Positions 28,983 through 38,814 of a stretch of DNA of 64,000 bases are shown piece by piece; position 1 is the first letter of the stretch, and the number at the start of each line of letters is the position of its first letter. The notes under the pieces are model-generated. The model saw only the letters and a list, made by a program, of their open reading frames with translations, had not been told where the DNA came from and made no database searches. Position numbers and translations under genes: made by a program. The DNA comes from a bacterium (GTDB taxonomy: Bacteria > UBA8248): NCBI GenBank assembly GCA_965221165.1, contig CBDCRP010000002.1, positions 1,344,001 to 1,408,000 on the forward strand. Direction: 5' to 3'.

Positions 28983-31253
28983 TTGCGATGCCGAGCGCTG
29001 AATCGGGCATCCCTGGACATGGACGCAAGCGCTTGCGTCGGAAAGGCAAGGAACGTGCGCCTCCCGGATTGGACGATACAGACCTGGACGGATGAATTGG
29101 GCTTCGCCGAAGTGGAACCGAGTGCCGACGACGCGGTGGCCGGGGAACTCGGAACATGGCGAATCCGCTACAAGGTGGGCCGCTGGGGCATCGATGAGCG
29201 CGGCTCCATCAAGGTCGCCTTCCGGCAGGTCAGCAACTGGGGGGCGCCGCAATTTGGCGACCCGAAAGGAGAAAACTACACCACTGTCAGGCTCGACTCC
29301 CATTCCGAAGCGGTGCTCGCCCCCAGATTCGAAAGACGCGGGTATATCCGGCACTGGCGGCAGGCCCTGACCATCGACGTTCTGGATGGATGTCTCTGGG
29401 AGGGCGACAGCATCGAGGTCACCCTCGGCGATACGAGTGGGGGCGGCCCGGGACTGCGCGCGCAGACTTTCTGCGAGAGCAATTTCGAGTTCAAGATGTT
29501 CGTCGATCCCTTCGGCGCGGGAAATTTTCAGCCCCTGCCCGGTTCGCCGACGCTCAAGATCAAGGGGGGGCCGCCAAGTCGCCTGGTCGCGATCATGACT
29601 TCCGAGGCCGCCGTCGGCGAAAAAGGATGGCTGCTGGTCAAGGCGGAGGATAGACACGGCAACATTGCGGAGAACTGCTCCGAGGAAATTTCGCTTTCAG
29701 CCGTGGGCGCGGATTTGGGCCTTCCCGAGAGTTTGCGTTTCGATGGAGACGGGGTTGCGCTGCTGAGAACGGAAGAAATTTCTTTTGAAAACGAGGGCGT
29801 GGCCCGCGTGCGCGTCCGGGACGGGGCGGGACGCGAAGCGCTCAGCAACCCCGTCGTGGTGCGCGAGCAGATAGAGGGCCCCCGCCTCCATTGGGGGGAC
29901 TTTCACGGGGGCCAGACCGCCGGCACGGTGGGCGTCAACAGTTTCGAGGAATTCTACCGGTTCGCCCGGGACGCGGGCGCGCTCGAATTCACCACCCATC
30001 AGGGAAACTGCTTCGAGGTGACGAGCCAGGACATGGAAGAGTTGAAAGAGCAGACCCGCGCCTTCCACGAGCCGGGCCGCTTCGTCCCGTTCCTCGGCTA
30101 TGAGTGGTCGGGCACCACCCCGATGGGCGGGGATCACGCCATATTCTTCTTCGATGAGGACGCCGCGATTCACCGCTGCTCTCATTGGCTGCAAACCGAC
30201 CTCTCAGACGCCGATACCGATCGGGATCACATCACGAAGCTCCATGCGCAACTCCGGGGCGCACAAGCGCTGAGCCTCCCCCACGTGGGCGGCCGGCCGG
30301 CCAACCTGGAATTTCACGACCCGGAACTCGAGCCCGTTATCGAGATTCACTCGAAACACGGCATGTTCGAGTGGATGCTGGAGGAATCCATCGCGCGAAA
30401 CATGAAGGTGGGCTTCGTCGGGGGGAGTGATGATCACTACGGGCAGCCCGGCGCCTGTTATCCGAGCGAGGACGTCAGCCATTTCGCCGCCCGCAACGGC
30501 TTGACGGCGCTCTACGCCAACGAGCTGACGCGAGAATCCATCTGGGCCGACATCAAGGCGCGCCGCTGCTACGCCACGAGCGGCGAGCGGATTTATCTGC
30601 GCTTCACGGTGAACGACAGATGGATGGGGGAGGAAATCGATGCGACCGGAGCCCCCCGAATATCGGTCGAGGTCGTGGGCACGGGCCCGATCGAGCGAAT
30701 AGAGTTGTTTCGCGGAATGACGCGCATTCATTCCGAGCAAATCGCCCCGGATCGGGCGGGGAACCGGCTTCGGGTACTGTTCTCAGGAGCCCGGGTGCGC
30801 GGACGGGGGCGATCCACCCTATGGGACGGCCGGCTGTCCTTAAGCGAAGCGCGCATCCTCGCGTCCGAACCCGTCGCGTTCGTTGAAAATCGTGATCGCT
30901 TTCTCGAAAGCACGGAATCCGGAATCTCGTGGAGCCTCTACACCGCGGGAGATTCCAGGGGGTTCAACCTCGAATTGGGCGGCGATGCAGGCGAAATGGA
31001 AATCCAGACGAAACACGCAGGCCTACATGGAAAGATCCGAGATTTTCTCGAAAAAACAGCTCTGGTGGACGCCGGAAGACTCGGCCAGCGCATAGAAGTC
31101 GGAAAAGCCCCGGCGATGGGCGGCCCCTGGGAGGCTCGCTTCGAGTATATGGACGACGATGCGCCTTCCGGGCTGAACACGTACTGGGTTCGGGTGGTTC
31201 AGGTCAATCAGGAAAAAGCCTGGAGCAGTCCCGTTTGGGTCAATCTGGAATAA
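28983..31253 (+). CDS. DUF3604-like / PHP-fold metallohydrolase (start may be 29019)
   Basis: HWGDFHG, FLGYEWS, PHVGG, IEIHS.HG, GFVGGSDDH, YATSGER and YWVRV.Q....AWSSPVWV. Confidence 0.8.
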   Translation: MRCRALNRASLDMDASACVGKARNVRLPDWTIQTWTDELGFAEVEPSADDAVAGELGTWRIRYKVGRWGIDERGSIKVAFRQVSNWGAPQFGDPKGENYTTVRLDSHSEAVLAPRFERRGYIRHWRQALTIDVLDGCLWEGDSIEVTLGDTSGGGPGLRAQTFCESNFEFKMFVDPFGAGNFQPLPGSPTLKIKGGPPSRLVAIMTSEAAVGEKGWLLVKAEDRHGNIAENCSEEISLSAVGADLGLPESLRFDGDGVALLRTEEISFENEGVARVRVRDGAGREALSNPVVVREQIEGPRLHWGDFHGGQTAGTVGVNSFEEFYRFARDAGALEFTTHQGNCFEVTSQDMEELKEQTRAFHEPGRFVPFLGYEWSGTTPMGGDHAIFFFDEDAAIHRCSHWLQTDLSDADTDRDHITKLHAQLRGAQALSLPHVGGRPANLEFHDPELEPVIEIHSKHGMFEWMLEESIARNMKVGFVGGSDDHYGQPGACYPSEDVSHFAARNGLTALYANELTRESIWADIKARRCYATSGERIYLRFTVNDRWMGEEIDATGAPRISVEVVGTGPIERIELFRGMTRIHSEQIAPDRAGNRLRVLFSGARVRGRGRSTLWDGRLSLSEARILASEPVAFVENRDRFLESTESGISWSLYTAGDSRGFNLELGGDAGEMEIQTKHAGLHGKIRDFLEKTALVDAGRLGQRIEVGKAPAMGGPWEARFEYMDDDAPSGLNTYWVRVVQVNQEKAWSSPVWVNLE

Positions 31254-31366
31254 AGAGGAGCTATCTCAAGATATCGCCGACCTGAAGAACGTAGGCGGTG
31301 AATCGGTCGGCATTATTTACCACTCCCATGTATTCCGTGGTTCAGGAATTCCGCGAGGAGAATAAA

Positions 31367-32245
31367 ATGTGCACGATAGGCGCCGTTGCGACATCCGACT
31401 CAAAAGGAAACCCCGTTGCCTTTGCGCTGAAAAACTCGGACTACATGCAGGTCGGCCACTGGCATGGCTGCATTACGGGAGGATGCGGCCATGACTTCAT
31501 GGGCTTCAACACGTCATCAAGACCCGGTGTGAATTCGGGCATGAACGAAAAAGGCCTGGCCGTCATCCGCTCGTTTCTGGACTACCGGGGGCCTTTCGAG
31601 GAAAAAGACGAACCCGTGAAAGAACAAAAGGACTTCCCGCTGGACGTCGACCGCCGGAGCGCCATCGCCGCAGGCCTCCTGGAAATCTACGGAACCGTCG
31701 ATGAGACCCTTCCCTATCTGCATGACGTTCTCCCCAGGCACACCGGGAAAGGCACCGGGCAACGCGGCGGTAACTTCCTCTTAGCCGACGCGACGGGCAA
31801 GGTCGCCGTCCTGGAGCACTGCGAGGACAGAATCGAATCCCGGATCTACGCGGAAGGCTACTCGGCGCGCGGGAACAACGGCCGCCTCATCCTGCGGGAA
31901 GAGCAGGCCCGGCTGCCCGAGCACGTGCGCGAGGATCGGGAGACGCGCTGCGAATACATGCAGAACAGCTTACAAGTGCTCCATGAATCCGTCCCCCAGG
32001 GTATGAGCAAAGACGAGGCGCTGAATGTCCTCAAAGACACTCTCTCCTGGAAGGGGCCCGAAGGGGACGGGGGCGTAGGGTCGATTTGCGCGTTGAATCT
32101 GCGCGCGCCGGGAGCGCGAACGAACAGCGCGCAACCATGTTCGACGCGCACCGCGGTCATCTTCGACCTGATTGAGAAAACCATGCATTTCACGCGGGGA
32201 ACCCCCGGCCAGACCCCTTGGGAGACGATTTGTTTCCCCGTATGA
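31367..32245 (+). CDS. Ntn-hydrolase (C45/choloylglycine hydrolase-like) with N-terminal Cys nucleophile
   Basis: M-C-T start after RBS GAGGAG, KNSD, GMNEKGLAV and NFLLADA.G...VLE. Confidence 0.8.
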   Translation: MCTIGAVATSDSKGNPVAFALKNSDYMQVGHWHGCITGGCGHDFMGFNTSSRPGVNSGMNEKGLAVIRSFLDYRGPFEEKDEPVKEQKDFPLDVDRRSAIAAGLLEIYGTVDETLPYLHDVLPRHTGKGTGQRGGNFLLADATGKVAVLEHCEDRIESRIYAEGYSARGNNGRLILREEQARLPEHVREDRETRCEYMQNSLQVLHESVPQGMSKDEALNVLKDTLSWKGPEGDGGVGSICALNLRAPGARTNSAQPCSTRTAVIFDLIEKTMHFTRGTPGQTPWETICFPV

Positions 32246-32327
32246 AGAATCACGGAATCCATCCGGCCGAACCACACCCCGGAAACAGCCGCCAAGGCGC
32301 CGGGGTTGCTCCAAGAGGAAACTTCTC

Positions 32328-33341
32328 ATGACCCAGAACGCAGAACGTCCCGTATTCATCGCCAGCTCGCCCCGTTCGGGCTCGACCCTCCTCAGATTGA
32401 TCCTGGACGCCCATCCGCGTCTGGCGGTGCCCCCGCCCGCGTGGCTGACGCATTTCATCTATCCCTATCTGTACAGCTATGGCGATTTATCGATCGAGAG
32501 TAATCTCACCGAAATGATCGAAGACTCCCTGGCCACTCCGACGATCCGCGAATGGCCCATTTCGCCGACCGTCGAAGAAGTACGAAATGAGATGAAGGAG
32601 AGCACATTCGCGGAGATGTACGCCGCCTTTCATCGGCTTTATGCAATATCCCAAGGCAAAGAGCGCTGGGGAGAGAAAACGCCCCGCGTTTCCTTTTACA
32701 TGGAAGACTTGAAATCCATGTATCCCGGCACCCAATTCGTTCACATCATCAGAGACGGCCGGGACGTCGCCATCGACATCGCGGATTCCGTCCTCTGGCC
32801 GAACAACCTCTACGCAGCGGCAGGCTTGTGGCGCGACTTCGTTCGGGCCGTGGGCGATGCGGCGAAAAAACTGGGGCCGGAGTCCTGTTTCCTCGTCAGA
32901 TATGAAGAGCTTTGCGCCGAACCGGAACCCATTTTGATGAAACTCTGTGCATTTTTAGGAGAAGATTTCTCGCCCGCCATGCTCGCGCATCATGAAACCT
33001 CATCGACGAAGCAATGGGCGAAAGCCCCGGTGCACGCCAAAACGGCTCGTCCCATCACGACCGATTTTGTCGGGATGTACAAGCATCGCCTGCCGAAGAC
33101 GGACGTCGGGGTCATCGAAGGTTTGATTGGCGAGACCTTATGCGAATTCGACTACCCGCTCGAAGGGTCTCCCGACCATCTTTCCTTACGCGAGAAGCGG
33201 CAACTGATCGAAAACGACACCATTTCCAACATCGCATCCATCGAGTACAAACGCTGGCACGAAAGACGAAGAAAAGAACGACGCGAAAAGGGCGTATGGA
33301 CGCAAAGCGACAGGGATTCTCTTCTGATGGGGTTTCATTAA
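32328..33341 (+). CDS. Sulfotransferase family protein (paralog 2)
   Basis: SPRSGST, WGEKTP, HIIRDGRD and VRYEEL...PE. Clearly similar along its full length to 20340-21353. Confidence 0.9.
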   Translation: MTQNAERPVFIASSPRSGSTLLRLILDAHPRLAVPPPAWLTHFIYPYLYSYGDLSIESNLTEMIEDSLATPTIREWPISPTVEEVRNEMKESTFAEMYAAFHRLYAISQGKERWGEKTPRVSFYMEDLKSMYPGTQFVHIIRDGRDVAIDIADSVLWPNNLYAAAGLWRDFVRAVGDAAKKLGPESCFLVRYEELCAEPEPILMKLCAFLGEDFSPAMLAHHETSSTKQWAKAPVHAKTARPITTDFVGMYKHRLPKTDVGVIEGLIGETLCEFDYPLEGSPDHLSLREKRQLIENDTISNIASIEYKRWHERRRKERREKGVWTQSDRDSLLMGFH

Positions 33342-33415
33342 GGTGGACGCTCGAATGCAGACAATGGGGAGACCCGTGTCCCTGGATTCATTTGCCCTGG
33401 ACAGGAGGGCCGGGT

Positions 33416-34591
33416 TTGTCCCCTGAGGATGATTCTTCAGCTTGTCGCCCTCTGCTCGTCTCCGGGGCGGAAAGAGCGGACCTGGAAGACGAGGCCGCCG
33501 ATTTGCCTCACCTTTCCCTCAACGCCCGCCAGCTATGCGATCTCGAACTGTTGCTGAACGGCGCATTCGCGCCCTTGAGTGGATATTTGAGCCGAAAAGA
33601 TTACGACTGCGTTCTGGAAACCATGCGCCTTGAAAACGGGGCGTTGTGGCCCATCCCCATCGCCCTCGACGTGTCCGAAAACATCGAAAACAGGCTCGAG
33701 AAGCGCGCCCGGCTCGCACTGCAAGAGCCTCGTGGAGAGCCCCTCGCCGTTCTGGACGTGGAAGACGTCTGGCGCGCCGATCCGCAGCGGGAAGCGCAAA
33801 GCGTCTTCGGCACCCTCGATCAGACGCACCCGGGGGTTCGATATCTTTTTGAGGAAACGGGCCCCTTGTATCTCGGCGGCCGTTTACGCGGGATCCATCT
33901 GCCCCAGCATTCCGATTTCCTGGAATACCGCCATACCCCGGGAGAATTACGGGGGAAATTCCAAGAAATGGGCTGGGAGAGGATTGTCGCCTTTCAGACG
34001 CGCAACCCGATGCACAGGGCGCACGTCGAATTGACGACGCATGCCGCCTCCGAGAATAGAGCAAAAATACTCCTGCACCCGGTGGCGGGGATGACGAAGC
34101 CGGGAGACATCGACCACACTTGCCGGGTCCGCTGCTACGAGCACGTCCTCAAGCATTACGCCGAAGGTTCCGCCATGTTGGCGCTCTTGCCCCTGGCGAT
34201 GCGAATGGCCGGCCCCAAGGAGGCTCTTTGGCACGCGCTGATTCGAAAAAACTACGGCTGCACGCATTTCATCGTAGGCAGAGACCACGCCGGCCCCGGC
34301 GTCGACGGCCGGGGCAAGGCTTTTTACGACCCGTACGCCGCCCAGGATCTGCTGAAAACCCACCAAACCGAATGCGGGATCGAAATGGTCCCGTTTCAGG
34401 AGATGGTTTATGCGCCGGATGAAAGACGCTACCTGCCGGTGGACCAGATACCCGAAAGCACCCGAACCCTCAGCATATCCGGCACGCGGCTTCGTGAAAT
34501 GATGGAAAACGGGGAGGAAATCCCCGAGTGGTTCACCTATCCCGAAATAGCGGAAGAACTCAGGCGTTATTCTTCTTTGAAACGGCCTTGA
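33416..34591 (+). CDS. sat: Sulfate adenylyltransferase (ATP sulfurylase), no APS kinase domain
   Basis: AFQTRNPMHRAH, AMRMAGP.EALWHA.IRKNYGCTHFIVGRDHAG, ISGT.LR and PEWF. TTG start follows GGAGGG. Confidence 0.95.
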   Translation: MSPEDDSSACRPLLVSGAERADLEDEAADLPHLSLNARQLCDLELLLNGAFAPLSGYLSRKDYDCVLETMRLENGALWPIPIALDVSENIENRLEKRARLALQEPRGEPLAVLDVEDVWRADPQREAQSVFGTLDQTHPGVRYLFEETGPLYLGGRLRGIHLPQHSDFLEYRHTPGELRGKFQEMGWERIVAFQTRNPMHRAHVELTTHAASENRAKILLHPVAGMTKPGDIDHTCRVRCYEHVLKHYAEGSAMLALLPLAMRMAGPKEALWHALIRKNYGCTHFIVGRDHAGPGVDGRGKAFYDPYAAQDLLKTHQTECGIEMVPFQEMVYAPDERRYLPVDQIPESTRTLSISGTRLREMMENGEEIPEWFTYPEIAEELRRYSSLKRP

Positions 34592-35010
34592 GCCGCGCTC
34601 CGGAAGATTTCATCCCCATAATACCTCGGGAGCAACTATCCGACAGCGATGAGGCGATCCGCCCGTCTATCTCATAACGCCACCAGAGACGGCAGCGCGC
34701 TCCGCCAACCGGTTCACTTCGCGCCCTTGTCCTCGAGCAGGCGTAACCAGGGCGACGGTGCTTCCTGAATGGGCATCGTGAGACGCCGGAAGATAATCGT
34801 GTGCAAGCTGTTTCCGGTCGGACATCGGAGGGGGGGGAACAATGGCCCGACGGGGATTCGCCGGGATGCGCGGGAGTTTTAACGAATCCGCTTTCATTGT
34901 AATTACGTGTTGCAAAAGCGCGATTTTCGAACCGGATCCGCAACAATGAATATTCGAAACAATTTCAATTTGACCGCGGGATTTTATGACCGATAAAAAC
35001 GGATCGATAT

Positions 35011-35070
35011 CTAAAAATATCTGAAAAAAGGTGAAAAAACAGGGAAAATACCTGAAAATAACTGAAAATT
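35011..35070. repeat. Imperfect ~10 bp tandem repeat / phased A-tracts
   Basis: ctaaaaatat ctgaaaaaag gtgaaaaaac agggaaaata cctgaaaata actgaaaatt. Confidence 0.7.
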
Positions 35071-35103
35071 TATATGATTGATAAATAAGGCGTTATGCGT
35101 AAT

Positions 35104-35943
35104 TTACCCCCTCGGGGCGATGGTGATGTAGGTCGGCGCGGGACGACCCGGGATTTTCGTCTCTCCGCGCACCCACAACTGCGAACTCGAGCCGCCGTCG
35201 AGGTTCATGGCGTCCCGGATGCCGAGGCCTCCTTTTGATTCGGGCAACACCAGATACTCCTGAAGCTCACACCAGGAGATGCCGCGCGTCTCGTTCTCGC
35301 TCACCAGAACGACGAGCCTGTCATTCACGTCGAGCCCGATCACCGTTCTCCTCGTGGCGCGCAGATACTCGCGGTACCGAACCAACCCCTGGACGGGCTT
35401 GCCGTTCTTCACGAGATGAGGCCCCGGCTGAAACGCTTCCCTGATACTTGAGTCCTTGAATTTCTGGCGGGAAACGATTCTCGGCCTCCCGTTTTTCCGC
35501 CCCACCGTGAACAGGGCTCCGAAATGCAGGGCGATTTTGCGTCCCTGATACAACACGCGGCTATTGAACACTTTCCCCCCCGAGCGGAAATATCCCAAGG
35601 GTCGTCCGCTGACGTCGTAATAGCCGGCGTTGAGGATGACGGCGGCTCCCAGCTTTTCGCCGAGAACCCGCAAGTCAATAGGTAAGAACCACTCTGATTT
35701 TTCACGCCAGTGAAGCCGGATTTCAAACTCTTCATGCCGCAGGCGCACCGCCCTCATCCGCGAGGTCGCTCCATTTTCGAACCGGATTCGAACGTTTCGC
35801 GTATCCAAAGACGGGAATTGACGCCGCGTCCATCGACGGTCGCCCATGGGATGACCTTTGAGAGTACAATCGGATACGGCCATCGCAGGTTGAGCGACCA
35901 GAAAGAAGCCCCCAATCAAAATCAACACGAGCAAACGCTTCAT
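35104..35943 (-). CDS. Phosphodiester glycosidase (NAGPA-like) family exported protein
   Basis: Signal peptide, LNAGYY, GP.LV.NG, RRT.IG and AMNLDGGSSSQL. Confidence 0.85.
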   Translation of the reverse strand: MKRLLVLILIGGFFLVAQPAMAVSDCTLKGHPMGDRRWTRRQFPSLDTRNVRIRFENGATSRMRAVRLRHEEFEIRLHWREKSEWFLPIDLRVLGEKLGAAVILNAGYYDVSGRPLGYFRSGGKVFNSRVLYQGRKIALHFGALFTVGRKNGRPRIVSRQKFKDSSIREAFQPGPHLVKNGKPVQGLVRYREYLRATRRTVIGLDVNDRLVVLVSENETRGISWCELQEYLVLPESKGGLGIRDAMNLDGGSSSQLWVRGETKIPGRPAPTYITIAPRG

Positions 35944-35997
35944 GGCAAAAGCCCCTCAACGCCGCCAACCCTACTTCAATGTGATCACAAGGAAGAA

Positions 35998-37620
35998 CTA
36001 AAACCCAGCCGCGCATCCATCCCTTCGATGATCGGATCCGCCCACGAATACGCCATCATCAAGCCGTACGATTCCCTGTCCTCCACCAAAACCCTCATAG
36101 CCGCCGGCGCGACGAACATCGTGTCCCCTCGATTCCAGCTCCTGGAGCACGGCCTCCGGCACGCCGCCCTCTATCGCTACTACACGCCCGCCCAACACAC
36201 GGAAACGGGGCGCTTCGATGGCCTCCTGGATGTTCATGGCGAAATCCACCATATTCGAGAGCACCTGCACATGGCCTTGCGGCTGCATGTCGCCTCCCAT
36301 GACACCAAAACTCATCCAGGGTTCCTCGTCTTTCATCACAAAACCGGGAATGATGGTGTGCAAGGGCCGCTTTTCGGGCGCGATGCAGTTCGGGTGGCCT
36401 TCTTCCAACACGAAGCCGCTGCCCCTGTTCTGGAGCATGATGCCCGTCTCGCCCCCGGTGATTCCTGAGCCGAAATGATGGAACAAGCTGTTGATAAACG
36501 AGCACATATTGCCCTGAGAATCCGCCACGGTGAGATAAATCGTGTCGTTCCAGGTTTCAGGAATTCCAGCTCCGGGGCTGCCGGCTTTTTTCTCATCAAT
36601 GAGCTCTCTCCGCTCATCGGCATATCCTGAGGATAGCAGACCTTCCAGGGGCACATCCGCTTTATCCATATCCGCGACACAGCGATCTCTATCCGCGAAG
36701 GCGAGTTTCATCGCTTCGATCACGACATGGAGATGATCGGCAGAGCCATAACTCATCTCCGCCAGAGGATATGCGTCTATAAGATTCAGACATATCAATG
36801 CCGTGACGCCCTGTCCCGAGGGGGGTATTTCACAAAGCTCATAGCCGCGGTAATTTGCGCGAATCGGCTCAACCCATGCGCATTTCGTGGCAGCGAAATC
36901 CTCAAGTTCGAATAAACCGCCGATTTCCTTGGTGTAGCGAACAATCTCCTCGGCTATGGGGCCTTCGTAAAAAGCCTCACGACCGCCATCGGCTATCGTC
37001 CGCAACGCCCCTCCCAGCTTTGGGTTTCGGAATCTTTCTCCGATTTTTGGCGGCCGGCCGGAAGGCAGATAGATTCGGTGCGAGTATTCACATTCTTTCA
37101 GCTTCTCCGTTTGGTTTGCCCATGCCCGGCCAATGATGGGAGACAGAGGAAACCCATCTTCAGCATATTGAATCGCCGGCTGAAGAAGCTCCAACATGCT
37201 CTTCTTGCCGCTGCCGCATCGTTCGTGGGCAGCGAACCAACCATCCACTGCACCAGGGAGGGTGCAAGAATAAATTCCCGTCTCCGGCATGGATGAAAAT
37301 TCCCGGTAACGCGAAAGCGTGGCTCTGGCCGGACTCTTTCCGCTGCCGTTCAAGCCCATGAGTTCTTTAGCATCGGCATCCCAATAAAGCATGAACATAT
37401 CCCCGCCAATGCCCGTGGATTGTGGTTCCACCACATTCAACGCCGCAACTGTTGCGATTGCCGCGTCCATGGCGTTTCCGCCTTCTCTCAGTATTTGGAG
37501 ACCTGCTTCGGCGGCCAAGGGCTGGCTGGTTGCCACCATGCCGCCGGTAGCGAATACGGGAGAACGCCCTGCGGCCAAAGATATCCTTGTGGTCGGCTCT
37601 TTCAACACCCGCTCCTTCAT
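35998..37620 (-). CDS. ggt: Gamma-glutamyltransferase
   Basis: GMVATSQPLA, GGNAMDAAIA, GIGGD.F, DT nucleophile (DTIYLTVAD), KRPLHTIIPG and FGVMGG.MQPQGH. Confidence 0.95.
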   Translation of the reverse strand: MKERVLKEPTTRISLAAGRSPVFATGGMVATSQPLAAEAGLQILREGGNAMDAAIATVAALNVVEPQSTGIGGDMFMLYWDADAKELMGLNGSGKSPARATLSRYREFSSMPETGIYSCTLPGAVDGWFAAHERCGSGKKSMLELLQPAIQYAEDGFPLSPIIGRAWANQTEKLKECEYSHRIYLPSGRPPKIGERFRNPKLGGALRTIADGGREAFYEGPIAEEIVRYTKEIGGLFELEDFAATKCAWVEPIRANYRGYELCEIPPSGQGVTALICLNLIDAYPLAEMSYGSADHLHVVIEAMKLAFADRDRCVADMDKADVPLEGLLSSGYADERRELIDEKKAGSPGAGIPETWNDTIYLTVADSQGNMCSFINSLFHHFGSGITGGETGIMLQNRGSGFVLEEGHPNCIAPEKRPLHTIIPGFVMKDEEPWMSFGVMGGDMQPQGHVQVLSNMVDFAMNIQEAIEAPRFRVLGGRVVAIEGGVPEAVLQELESRGHDVRRAGGYEGFGGGQGIVRLDDGVFVGGSDHRRDGCAAGF

Positions 37621-37668
37621 GAGGTGCAAGACTTTATCGATTTATGCGTCGCATATTTCCGAATGCCC

Positions 37669-38718
37669 TCAATGGCGGAGAAAAACCGTCTCGCACATTT
37701 CTTCTCCACCAGATGAGGCCACGGCATCAGGCCCTACGACACATCTTTTCAAAATGGAATTCCCTTCAATAATCGCACCTGGAAAGATGATGGATTCTCG
37801 CACCATGGCATTATTCCGAAGAGTAGCACTCCCCAGGATTGCAGTGAAGGGACCCGCTTTGGCATTTTTTTGAATAAAAACGTCTCTCCCAACAAAAACA
37901 GGAGGCTCGATGGTTCCCTCCCCCCATTTCATAGCGGGGCCTTCTATCAACAAAAACCCTTTTGGGGGCCAAACAAAATTCGGCGTGAATTCGCCCGATA
38001 TGACATCCATACTCGCCAGCAGATACCGCGACGGGGTACCGACATCCATCCAATAGGAATCACTCAAAACCGCACCAATCCGAGCACCGCTTTTAATCAA
38101 CCGGGGATAGATTTGCGTTGAAATATCCGCCGGTACTCCCACAGGGATATGTTCTAACATTTCAGGAGACATGATACTCAATCCCGTGAACATCGCTTGG
38201 CTCAATGCGCCTTGCGAACCCCCTGGAGCGCTCGCGTCTAAAAATTTCCGCAAACGCCCTGCTTCATCAAGCTCGAGCACTCCATATTTTTTGACCTCGG
38301 GTGAGCGTCTGAGAATGAGCGTAGCGAGGAAATTTCCTTTTTGATGATGGGCCAACGCCGTTTTCAAATCCGCGCCACACGGCGCATCTGCGTTGATGAC
38401 GAAAAAAGGCTCGTTATTCTCGCACAGAAACGCCTCCGCATTCTTTATCCCACCGGCAGTGCCCAAAATTTCAGGTTCATGGAAATACCGAACACGGACT
38501 CCATGTGCAAAATCCCCCAAAGCGGAGCGAATCTTCTCTGCGCCATGATGTAAATTGACCGCGGCCTCTTTCACGCCGATAGCCGCCAATTTCTCCAGCG
38601 CAAAACCGATGAGTGAAACACCGCCCAAGGGCAAAAGTGGTTTGGGAATCTCCTCTCCCAACACTCCCAATCTTTTGCCATAGCCAGCCGCCATAACAAA
38701 CGCCCGCATTGCGCGCAT
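37669..38718 (-). CDS. NDP-sugar pyrophosphorylase (mannose-1-phosphate guanylyltransferase-like)
   Basis: MAAGYGKRL, PKPL, E...LGTAGG, W.DVGTP and a C-terminal hexapeptide-like region. Confidence 0.88.
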   Translation of the reverse strand: MRAMRAFVMAAGYGKRLGVLGEEIPKPLLPLGGVSLIGFALEKLAAIGVKEAAVNLHHGAEKIRSALGDFAHGVRVRYFHEPEILGTAGGIKNAEAFLCENNEPFFVINADAPCGADLKTALAHHQKGNFLATLILRRSPEVKKYGVLELDEAGRLRKFLDASAPGGSQGALSQAMFTGLSIMSPEMLEHIPVGVPADISTQIYPRLIKSGARIGAVLSDSYWMDVGTPSRYLLASMDVISGEFTPNFVWPPKGFLLIEGPAMKWGEGTIEPPVFVGRDVFIQKNAKAGPFTAILGSATLRNNAMVRESIIFPGAIIEGNSILKRCVVGPDAVASSGGEEMCETVFLRH

Positions 38719-38762
38719 CCCTCCTGTGGCCGGAAACCATGTCCCTGATTCGCTCTAAGAAT

Positions 38763-38795
38763 AAAACAAAACCGGGCATTGCAGTCCGCCCGGCT
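38763..38795 (-). terminator. Putative intrinsic terminator after the XDH gene
   Basis: Minus strand reads GCCGGGC-N10-GCCCGGT followed by TTTGTTTT. Confidence 0.45.
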
Positions 38796-38814
38796 TCTTT
38801 GGTTTTCTTTACGA

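Noticed and set aside
35074-35103. dif-like ACGCATAA...TTAT on the minus strand, or oriC in the AT-rich spacer
   Set aside because: Spacer length and the XerD arm do not fit, and I see no DnaA boxes.
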